From positions 101,115-165,114 of the IMG/VR virus record IMGVR_UViG_3300032316_000329: a stretch of DNA of 64,000 nt; one strand, written 5' to 3'. Both the position numbers and the translations under genes were made by a program. A model generated the notes under the pieces. That model saw only the letters and a program-made list of their open reading frames with translations, had not been told where the DNA came from and did no database searches. Below are positions 39,917 through 47,895 of the stretch, one piece after another; the first letter of the stretch is position 1; every line of letters starts with the position of its first letter. Source of the DNA: a virus.

Positions 39917-40797
39917 TGAGAGAGATTAAACTAGGATTTGCTGATACTTTTTCTACTGCGGTAAACTTCTTTACCGAGGCATTAAGTAAGCAATTCCATA
40001 TTATTCGTGATGATGCACAACCAGAATATCTAATCTACGGTGAAGGAGTCTATGGACAAAATCACCGCAGGTTCGGTCCTGAGGTCACCAAAATCTTCTA
40101 TACAGGAGAGAATGTTCGCCCACCTTGGGGTGAGTGTCAGTATGCTATGACATTTGACCATGAGAACAGTGCCAGACATTATCGTTTACCTTTATATGTT
40201 ATCGATATGTGGGGTGCGGTGACCGAAGGATGGACCAAAGACTACTATCAACTGGTTGGTCTAAAACACGACTATGAACGAGAATACGATGAAAGAGACT
40301 TTTGTTCTTTTGTTGTATCTAATCCAGGCCAGGATATGAGAAATAAGGCCTTTCGTTTCATCAATGAATATAAAACGGTTGATAGTGGCGGGCCGCATCT
40401 AAACAACATTGGTCATGTTCTACCTAGGGACAAACTATTACATAAACTAAACTTCTTAGATTGTTACCGTTTCAATATCTGTTTTGAGAATGGTTCGCAT
40501 CCTGGTTATGTTACCGAGAAACTATTCAATGCACTACAGATAAAGACCATGCCAATCTATTGGGGTTCGGCCACGGTTGATAGAGACTTTAATCCTTTAG
40601 CCTTCATCAATGCTGCTGACCATGGTAATTTTAATAAACTGGTAGACTATGTTCAGCATTTGGATTCACCTTCTGGTAAACAAGAGTACCTAGATATTAT
40701 AGAGAGACCTGCTTTTAAGAATGATGTTCCTAATGAGTTTACAGATATGAATAATCTATGTGACTGGTGGGAAACATTTGTAATGGGTGTAAAATGA
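39916..40797 (+). CDS. Alpha-1,3-fucosyltransferase-like (GT10)
   Basis: KIFYTGEN, FCSFVVSN, VDSGG, YRFNICFEN..HPGYVTEKL, PIYWGS. Confidence 0.85.
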   Translation: MREIKLGFADTFSTAVNFFTEALSKQFHIIRDDAQPEYLIYGEGVYGQNHRRFGPEVTKIFYTGENVRPPWGECQYAMTFDHENSARHYRLPLYVIDMWGAVTEGWTKDYYQLVGLKHDYEREYDERDFCSFVVSNPGQDMRNKAFRFINEYKTVDSGGPHLNNIGHVLPRDKLLHKLNFLDCYRFNICFENGSHPGYVTEKLFNALQIKTMPIYWGSATVDRDFNPLAFINAADHGNFNKLVDYVQHLDSPSGKQEYLDIIERPAFKNDVPNEFTDMNNLCDWWETFVMGVK

Positions 40798-41738
40798 GAT
40801 TATTGTTTGTGGTTCATCGATATGCTCCATTCCCTGGTGGTAGTGAGTATTATGTCCAGAATATGGCCGAGGAAATGCTTAAACGTAAGCATCAGGTTAC
40901 CGTTCTAGCACATGAACATCAAGGTAACCTGAATGACATTACCGTTTCAAATGACTATAACACTCTTCTAAATCAGAAATGGGACCTTATCATTGTTCAT
41001 GGAGGTGATGTTATCTCTCAGAACGTTGTTCATATCAATGCGGAGAAACTACAATCACCTGTTCTTTATCTAATTGTCAAACCAAGTGATAGTCCAACCT
41101 GTGTTCAAGGATTAAATAATCATCGTTTTCTTGGTTACTCAACCAGCATGGACGTTGAACACCTCAAGAAATATGGTGTAATCAATAAAGGCCGGCGTAT
41201 TCGTCATGGTATTGTTCCTCACAAATATCAAAGAGCAAACTTAACAGGCAAAACAATCTTTGTATCCGCAGGTGGATTCTGGCAGCATAAGGCCATGACA
41301 CCTTTGGCAGAGGCATTTACAAAAGCAAATATTCCTAATGCTCAACTCCATCTATATGGATACGGTGAAGAACATTTGATGCCAAAAGAAACTAAGAATG
41401 TAAAGTGTTTCTTTGGTAAAGACAAGACAGAGGTTTTACTCTCTATTAGTGCCGCAGATGCTTATATTATGAACTCTTATGAGGAAGGTTTTGGTCTTGT
41501 CCTTTTAGAATCCATGATGAATAAGGTGCCTTGGTATGCAAGAGATATTGCCGGTGCTAAAGATATGTGCTACCATGGGACAGTTTATGAAACAGAGGAA
41601 GAGTTGATAAAACTCCTCCGTAAACATAAACGGAATGATAAGAAGATTGAAGATGCATATAACTATGTTATGTGTAATCATACCATCCAAGATACCTGTA
41701 ATGATATTGAAGATATACTATTGGAGACATTAAGATGA
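40794..41738 (+). CDS. Glycosyltransferase family 4 (GT-B)
   Basis: P..GGSE, HKA, SYEEGFGLVLLESM. Confidence 0.88.
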   Translation: MRLLFVVHRYAPFPGGSEYYVQNMAEEMLKRKHQVTVLAHEHQGNLNDITVSNDYNTLLNQKWDLIIVHGGDVISQNVVHINAEKLQSPVLYLIVKPSDSPTCVQGLNNHRFLGYSTSMDVEHLKKYGVINKGRRIRHGIVPHKYQRANLTGKTIFVSAGGFWQHKAMTPLAEAFTKANIPNAQLHLYGYGEEHLMPKETKNVKCFFGKDKTEVLLSISAADAYIMNSYEEGFGLVLLESMMNKVPWYARDIAGAKDMCYHGTVYETEEELIKLLRKHKRNDKKIEDAYNYVMCNHTIQDTCNDIEDILLETLR

Positions 41739-42970
41739 AGGTAGCAGTTATTGGTGCCGGCGGCCATGTAGGATTTCCATTTTCATGTGTTATCGCCGAT
41801 GCTGGTCATACAGTGTTTGGTATTGACATAAACCAAGATGTTGTAGATAACCTAAACTTTGGCCATGTTCCTTATGTTGAAGAAGGTGCCGAGGATATTT
41901 TAGCAAGAAACATAGCACAAGAAAGATTATTCTTCACTACCAATTTTGACTTCATTAAACAGGCTGATGTTGTCGCTATTATGATTGGCACACCGGTTGA
42001 TGGAGAAGGCAATGCTAGATTGGATGACCTTTTTAATTTTGTTGACGATACTCTTATTCCTCGTATGAAAACAGGACAGTTAATTGTCCTTCGTTCTACA
42101 GTATCACCAGGAACATTAGAGGTTCTTCGCAACCATATTGCTGACCGTCATGGATGGGCGGAAGGTGCCGATTATCATCTTGTATTCTGTCCTGAGAGAG
42201 TGGTACAGGGCAGGTCTATTATTGAGACGGGTAAACTACCACAAATCATCGGTGCTTTTACCGACCAATCTTATAGAGTTGCTAAAGATTTCTTTAGCAC
42301 ATTTATTAACAATGAAATCTTCCAACTTACTCCTAAAGAGGCTGAGATTGGTAAACTAATGACGAATATGTATCGTTATGTTACCTTTGCCTTTGCTAAC
42401 GAGTTTTGGATGATTGGTGAAAAACATGGAGTGAATATTGACAAAGTTATCGATGCATGTAATTACGATTATCCTAGAATGGCAGTTCCTCATCCAGGAC
42501 CTAATGTTGGCGGTCCTTGCCTATTCAAAGACGGTAAGTTCCTGCTTACTGACATTCCCTTTGGCGATCTTATTAACACTAGCTTTCATATTAACGAAGG
42601 TATGCCTGATTATATCTTTAATCGTATTAAGAACATCAGTCCAAATATCAAGAATGTATTGATACTTGGTGCCACTTTTAAAAAGGATTGTGATGATACC
42701 AGAAACAGTCTATCTTTTAAAATGCGTAAGGTATGTAAGAAACATGGTGTGAAATCTTGGATGTGGGATCCGTTTGTAGTAGTGGATCAAAACTTACCTT
42801 CGGCAAAAGATTATGATGCTGTTATTGTAATGACGCCTCACTCAGATACAGAAAAAATGTGGCCAATATGGGACTTTAGAAAAGATTGTACCATTGTTGA
42901 TTTATGGAAAATCTATCCACGAAGCAAGATAAGTAATACGGGCATTTATAGAAATGGAGATATTTTATGA
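41735..42970 (+). CDS. Nucleotide-sugar 6-dehydrogenase (UDP-Glc/GDP-Man/UDP-ManNAc family)
   Basis: IGAGGHVG, GTP, RSTVSPGT, FCPER, GGPCL.KD, FKKDCDDTRNS. Confidence 0.92.
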   Translation: MKVAVIGAGGHVGFPFSCVIADAGHTVFGIDINQDVVDNLNFGHVPYVEEGAEDILARNIAQERLFFTTNFDFIKQADVVAIMIGTPVDGEGNARLDDLFNFVDDTLIPRMKTGQLIVLRSTVSPGTLEVLRNHIADRHGWAEGADYHLVFCPERVVQGRSIIETGKLPQIIGAFTDQSYRVAKDFFSTFINNEIFQLTPKEAEIGKLMTNMYRYVTFAFANEFWMIGEKHGVNIDKVIDACNYDYPRMAVPHPGPNVGGPCLFKDGKFLLTDIPFGDLINTSFHINEGMPDYIFNRIKNISPNIKNVLILGATFKKDCDDTRNSLSFKMRKVCKKHGVKSWMWDPFVVVDQNLPSAKDYDAVIVMTPHSDTEKMWPIWDFRKDCTIVDLWKIYPRSKISNTGIYRNGDIL

Positions 42971-43962
42971 TTAAAGTTTTGGTGACAGGTAGTGAAGGTT
43001 CTTTGATGCAGGCGGTCATTCCGCTTCTACTAAAAAAGAACTATGTTGTTGTCGGTGTTGATAATCTTGCTCGTTATGGTGAACGCCTTGGTATTGCTGG
43101 TAATGATTATCAGTTTATTAAATGTGACTTGACAGACCGTTTGAATGTTGATAACTTGGTTAAACAGACCAAACCAGATTATATCATTCAGGCAGCAGCA
43201 ACCATCTACGGTGTCGGTGGATTCAACAAGTATTGCGGAGAAATGTATAAGGACATTACTCTACATGATAATGTCCTCCGTGCGGCCGTTGCTTATGGTG
43301 TTAAAAAGGTAATCTATATTTCATCATCGATGGTTTATGAGAACTGTCCACAAGAGATTGGTAAGCCAGTAACAGAAGATATTGTTGATTATTACCCAGC
43401 ACCATATACAGATTACGGTTTGTCTAAGTTTGTTGGTGAACGTGTATCTAAGGCATATCTCAAGCAGCATGGCCTAAAGTATACCATTTGGCGTCCATTC
43501 AATATCATTACACCATACGAAAAGAGTGAAGATGAACAGGTTGGTATCTCTCATGTGTTTGCTGATTACATTAAGAATATTGCTATTGAGAAAAAGAAAC
43601 CACTCCCAATCATAGGAGACGGTCTACAGATTCGTTGCTTTACTTGGATTGATGAAGTAGCACAGGCAATTGCTGAATACTCTTTTTTAGATAAGACAGA
43701 CAATGAGACATACAATCTTGGTAATCCAGAACCAATCTCTATGCGTGTTTTAGCAGAAAAGATTGTTCATATTGGTTCTAATGAGTTCAAGACGTTTGAT
43801 GATTACTTTCTTCTTTATGAATCGGTTGGTGAATATGAGAATGATGTCCGTGTTCGTATTCCAGATGTTGATAAGGCCAAGAATGAACTTGGTTGGCAGG
43901 CAAAGATGCGAGCCGATGATTCCATTCGTTTATGTCTAAAGTATATTGTGGAGGGTAAATGA
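42967..43962 (+). CDS. NAD-dependent epimerase/dehydratase
   Basis: VLVTGSEG, ISSSMVY, YGLSK (YxxxK), RPFN, GDGLQIRCF. Confidence 0.9.
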   Translation: MIKVLVTGSEGSLMQAVIPLLLKKNYVVVGVDNLARYGERLGIAGNDYQFIKCDLTDRLNVDNLVKQTKPDYIIQAAATIYGVGGFNKYCGEMYKDITLHDNVLRAAVAYGVKKVIYISSSMVYENCPQEIGKPVTEDIVDYYPAPYTDYGLSKFVGERVSKAYLKQHGLKYTIWRPFNIITPYEKSEDEQVGISHVFADYIKNIAIEKKKPLPIIGDGLQIRCFTWIDEVAQAIAEYSFLDKTDNETYNLGNPEPISMRVLAEKIVHIGSNEFKTFDDYFLLYESVGEYENDVRVRIPDVDKAKNELGWQAKMRADDSIRLCLKYIVEGK

Positions 43963-44507
43963 TTTTAGATATAGGTTCTGGACCACATCCTAAAGCGGAT
44001 GCTACTGAAAGAATGGATATGCACCAGTGGGCAGGCGTGACACAGGTTCACGACCTGCGCCATTTCCCTTATCCATATGAAGATAGCTCCGCAGAAAAGA
44101 TTTACCTTGGTGATGTTATTGAACACCTTACCAAGTTTGATGCACCAAACGTATTGAAAGAAATCCATCGTATTCTAAAATCAGGTGGTCAATTTGAGAT
44201 TACCTGTCCAGATGCTTTATGGATTATGACACAAATTGTTGAAGGTACATGGAACGAAAATGCTAATGTTGATTGGTTAAGACAGAATGAGGACCCATGG
44301 GATAATGCTATGGACTATCTGTTTGGTGGTTGGCGTCATCCAGAAGAACACAGGATTCCTGGCATGGGACACATTAACGGATTTTGTTTCACTTCTTTAA
44401 GAAAAGAACTTGAGGCGGCAGGATTTAAAAATATTGAACGAGTAGCAGATGATAGAAATCCTGAACCAGCAAGATGGTCGGTGTTAAAACTGGTAGCAAC
44501 AAAATGA
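43959..44507 (+). CDS. SAM-dependent methyltransferase (type 11-like)
   Basis: ILDIGSG, HDL..FPY, VIEH, EIHRILKSGG. Confidence 0.85.
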   Translation: MILDIGSGPHPKADATERMDMHQWAGVTQVHDLRHFPYPYEDSSAEKIYLGDVIEHLTKFDAPNVLKEIHRILKSGGQFEITCPDALWIMTQIVEGTWNENANVDWLRQNEDPWDNAMDYLFGGWRHPEEHRIPGMGHINGFCFTSLRKELEAAGFKNIERVADDRNPEPARWSVLKLVATK

Positions 44508-44776
44508 TGGATAAATGGGAAGAACTTAAACTCCTTATTGATGGGCACATGGCATGGCCTGTAATTTACAGTCACTCTAGAGATTTTGAAAAGGGTGAAA
44601 TGAAACGTGTTAAAGAATGGATGACATATCTTGAAAAGAAAGAATCGGAGTCCATAAATTTACATATTCAAAAGATGGCAGTAAAAGAAGAATCAGGATT
44701 TCTTTTCACAGGAGTTCCAACATTTGACCAAAAAGAATGGGATAAAATGTTAAAAAACTTAGAAGGATTATCTTAG
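44504..44776 (+). CDS. Hypothetical protein
   Basis: Coupled ORF after the methyltransferase. Confidence 0.5.
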   Translation: MMDKWEELKLLIDGHMAWPVIYSHSRDFEKGEMKRVKEWMTYLEKKESESINLHIQKMAVKEESGFLFTGVPTFDQKEWDKMLKNLEGLS

Positions 44777-44779
44777 TGT

Positions 44780-45067
44780 ATGATGAAATATTTGATGACA
44801 ACCTTAATGGTGGTATTCCCCACGGTTACTAATGCACAATATCATTCTTTGAGTGGTGGCCCTGTAACAGATATTCCTGCTTTCTCTTGGGAAAATCCAA
44901 GATGGAGTGAAGGTTCAACCGCATTTAATGCTAGCCCACATCAACTACCTACGGCATCAGCACCTACGATGGTTCCTTCATTTGCTCCTGATAGTCGTGG
45001 TACTGCCGCTGCCGGTGGTTTTATTCCACCTTCAAGATTGAATAATGACTTCGGAAATATGGACTAA
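44780..45067 (+). CDS. Small predicted secreted protein (mature N-terminus QYH)
   Basis: Signal-like MMKYLMTTLMVVFPTVTNA followed by QYHSLSGGP... Confidence 0.6.
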   Translation: MMKYLMTTLMVVFPTVTNAQYHSLSGGPVTDIPAFSWENPRWSEGSTAFNASPHQLPTASAPTMVPSFAPDSRGTAAAGGFIPPSRLNNDFGNMD

Positions 45068-45156
45068 TTGTCTAAAAATTGACGGCGATTGTCTAAAACT
45101 GACTGTTTTCCTTATTATTTCTATGTCATAATGTTGTTATGTAGTCAATCAGGACT

Positions 45157-45164
45157 ACTAAATA
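45157..45164 (+). promoter_or_regulatory. Late promoter motif ACTAAATA upstream of pmoC
   Basis: Identical octamer to those before gp21 and gp22; followed by hairpin GGGTCC/GGACCC (45172-45191) and an AGGAG RBS. Confidence 0.7.
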
Positions 45165-45215
45165 TCTTATCGGGTCCTATTACCGGGACCCTAAGAAAAA
45201 CAATAGGAGTGATAA

Positions 45216-45986
45216 ATGAGCGTTGTAAATCGAGCGGCAACAGCCGTGGCTACCGGCGTTGACAGTAAGGTCGTTGACCTTCGAGGAATGTGGATAGGAC
45301 TCGCAACCTTAAACATATTCTATTTAATTGTCCGTATCTATGAACAGGTTTTCGGTTGGCGTGCCGGCCTTGACTCGTTCGCACCAGAGTTCCAGACATA
45401 TTGGATGTCTATTCTTTGGACGGAAATCCCACTAGAACTTGTTTCAGGTCTTGGTCTTGCGGGTTATCTTTGGAAGACCCGTGATAGAGACCTAGCAAAT
45501 GTAGCACCTCGGGAGGAGTTGCGTCGTTTGGTAACACTGGTTCAGTGGTTGGTTGTTTATGCTGTTGCTATTTACTGGGGTGCAAGTTTCTTCACTGAAC
45601 AGGATGGTACATGGCATATGACAGTCATTCGTGATACTGACTTCACTCCGTCACATATCATTGAGTTCTACATGAGTTATCCAATCTACTCAATTATTGC
45701 TGTTGGTGCGTTCTTCTATGCCCGCACCCGTATTCCTTACTTTGCTCAGGGATATAGTTTGGCATTCTTGATTGTTGCAATTGGTCCATTCATGATTATT
45801 CCAAATGTTGGACTTAATGAGTGGGGCCATACATTCTGGTTCATGGAAGAACTATTCGTTGCTCCGCTTCATTGGGGTTTCGTGTTCTTCGGTTGGATGG
45901 CATTAGGCGTCTTTGGTGTTGTTCTACAAATCCTTGGACGAGTTCATGCCCTTGTTGGTAAAGAAGGTTCTGCCCTTCTAACCTAA
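45216..45986 (+). CDS. pmoC: Particulate methane monooxygenase subunit C
   Basis: GLDSFAPEFQTYW, EQDGTWH..IRDTDFTPSH (CuC ligands D/H/H), PNVGLNEWGHTFWFMEELFVAPLHWGF (CuD ligands N/H/H). Methylocystis-like N-terminal region. Confidence 0.98.
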   Translation: MSVVNRAATAVATGVDSKVVDLRGMWIGLATLNIFYLIVRIYEQVFGWRAGLDSFAPEFQTYWMSILWTEIPLELVSGLGLAGYLWKTRDRDLANVAPREELRRLVTLVQWLVVYAVAIYWGASFFTEQDGTWHMTVIRDTDFTPSHIIEFYMSYPIYSIIAVGAFFYARTRIPYFAQGYSLAFLIVAIGPFMIIPNVGLNEWGHTFWFMEELFVAPLHWGFVFFGWMALGVFGVVLQILGRVHALVGKEGSALLT

Positions 45987-46003
45987 AAATAGGAGAGAAA
46001 GAA

Positions 46004-46138
46004 ATGGGTAATAAAAAACTATATAGATTTTTGTTCTTGGTTCTTTCGTGTTTGATTCTACAGGTGTCCTTTAATCCTACATATGCTCATCATGATGGAT
46101 CAAGTGGTGTGGTATATGAAGGTGCTGGAGGAAGATAA
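46004..46138 (+). CDS. Unannotated 44-aa secreted peptide; predicted mature HHDGSSGVVYEGAGGR
   Basis: Hand translation [28 protein letters not shown]|HHDG...; AGGAGA RBS; 17 nt after the pmoC stop and before the terminator. Confidence 0.7.
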   Translation: MGNKKLYRFLFLVLSCLILQVSFNPTYAHHDGSSGVVYEGAGGR

Positions 46139-46146
46139 AAATTAAG

Positions 46147-46172
46147 GGGTGGGATTAGTTCCCACCCTTTTT
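46147..46172 (+). terminator. Rho-independent terminator closing the pmoC-peptide unit
   Basis: GGGTGGGA-TTAGT-TCCCACCC-TTTTT. Confidence 0.88.
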
Positions 46173-46287
46173 GTATGTAAACATCGGTTATGCTATTTTT
46201 GACATAATAACCGATTATGCAGGAAATAACATAAACAAATGTAAACAGGGTGCGACAATATGTCGCATTGACTCCTATAAAAGAACC

Positions 46288-46794
46288 TTATAGGATGTAT
46301 TCACATTTGTCAAAATGCCATCTTTTCATAGCTGGTTTTTGGCCTACTTTACCACAATGAGGACAAATGACTTTTTCCTGGTTTATTTCCAGAAAATGGT
46401 GTGTTCCATTTGACAATCGTTCCTTTTGTCTATTGGATGCCGCTTCTCTATCAAGGAAAGGATGTTTTCCTTCTTTTGCCTGCCTTTTAGCATTTATTGA
46501 CCTTAGTTTTTTTCCGTATTCCGTTGCTTTATGTCCTTCCACACCATCACCACCATCGGTCAGGTTTCTCAATATACCTGTTCCGTTATCCTTACGACCA
46601 TACCAACGAATATAGAACCTTTCCAAGGCCAAGGCGCCAACTTCCGTAAGATTGGATTCCATAATGACTATTTTTGATTTATCCTTAGGAACGGAAACAC
46701 TATGCCCTATATTCCAGGCTCTGGTTCCTTTTCCTTTTCCGATATAATATGGTGTTAGATTGTCTTTGCGTAGGTAGGCATAAATATAAAACAT
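46288..46794 (-). mobile_element. Free-standing GIY-YIG (Seg-like) homing endonuclease gene
   Basis: YIYAY..PYYIGKG..R, LERFYI..YGRKD...LRNLTDGG, C-terminal CPHC..WHFDKC. Opposite strand to its neighbours. Confidence 0.8.
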
Positions 46795-46874
46795 AGCTGA
46801 TACTCCTTACCGAGTGTTAGATTCCGTGGGAGCGCCAACTCCGCGACGGATACCTTATTTAGGCATTTTTGTAT

Positions 46875-46903
46875 TTGACAAATACTATTCCTTGTGCTAT
46901 AAT
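46875..46903 (+). promoter_or_regulatory. Sigma70-type early promoter
   Basis: TTGACA-17-TATAAT. Confidence 0.85.
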
Positions 46904-46937
46904 ATGTTATAAAATGAAACTGAAAAAGGAATACATT

Positions 46938-47423
46938 ATGTGCCCTAATTGGTGTTCTAATAATCTCTCCCTATCACATAAAGATCCGGCTATGATTTCT
47001 CGTGCCAAAAAGGCATTTGAGGAAAACAGGTTTTTTCAAGAGTTTGTTCCTCTTCCTGAGGATAAGAAAGATGACTGGTACGAGTGGCATATTGACCATT
47101 GGGGAACCAAGTGGGATGTTGCAAACGGTTTCATCGGAATGGAGTCTGCTAAGGAACTTGGCCTAGGTTTTGATACAGCCTGGTCGCCGCCTCTTGCTTT
47201 CTATAAAAAGATGGAAGAGTTAGGGTTTGAGATTTCTGCTCATTACCGTGAAGAAGGTATGGGTTTTATTGGTGAGTATTCTGACGGTATTGATGAGTGT
47301 TATGATTATGATTTTGCCGATGATGAATGGCGAGATCATCTTCCTGAGCACCTTGCCGAGGAGTTGGAGTCGGAATACGAGTTTTGGAAAGAATATCAGG
47401 AAGAAAACACAGAGGAACAATAA
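46938..47423 (+). CDS. YubB/DUF1281-like ferredoxin-fold protein
   Basis: PNWCSN, WYEW...WGTKWD, FDTAWSPP, Y.EEGMGF.G. Confidence 0.75.
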   Translation: MCPNWCSNNLSLSHKDPAMISRAKKAFEENRFFQEFVPLPEDKKDDWYEWHIDHWGTKWDVANGFIGMESAKELGLGFDTAWSPPLAFYKKMEELGFEISAHYREEGMGFIGEYSDGIDECYDYDFADDEWRDHLPEHLAEELESEYEFWKEYQEENTEEQ

Positions 47424-47816
47424 GTGCATCTATTACATCCTTGTTATACTACCAACAACACCCGCAAACGGAAGGCCCGCAAGCCTTCCAAGTCTGCGAG
47501 AGAACATGAGGCGTGGCTAAAATCCATTGGCCTACATATATCACAGTTGCCTAAAAAACGTAAAGCAGTTAATAGTATAAAAGAATGTGCCGAAGGTCTC
47601 AAAGTAGATCGGTCGGGTTATGTTTCGTCAGGTATTAAAGGTACTAAGTATGCCTGTGCCAAAACTGATATTATGACTAATCTTCACAAAGAACCTCGGC
47701 ACATACAGGAAGCGATCTTGGCTAAAGCGGCCAGGACCGCTCCCTTATATTCCAAAGGACCTTATCAACTTATAACTGATGGTGCGTCTTTATCGGAAAT
47801 CGGCAAAAAAATGTAA
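47424..47816 (+). CDS. Conserved T4-like hypothetical protein
   Basis: Basic; AP.YSKGPYQLIT motif. Confidence 0.55.
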   Translation: MHLLHPCYTTNNTRKRKARKPSKSAREHEAWLKSIGLHISQLPKKRKAVNSIKECAEGLKVDRSGYVSSGIKGTKYACAKTDIMTNLHKEPRHIQEAILAKAARTAPLYSKGPYQLITDGASLSEIGKKM

Positions 47817-47895
47817 GGTAGCACGGTGAAAGAGAACCTTTTGGTCATTCTAATCTTTCTTTATTTCACCACACTTTTACTTGCTGCTTTACTAC

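Noticed and set aside
45216-45986. pmoC as host contamination or a chimeric join
   Set aside because: Phage-like codon usage, a phage late-promoter motif and phage genes on both flanks argue for genuine residence, although read mapping was not possible.
46004-46138. The peptide as a methanobactin precursor (MbnA)
   Set aside because: The predicted mature part has no Cys, the leader is a Sec-type signal, and no mbnB/mbnC-like genes are in the window.
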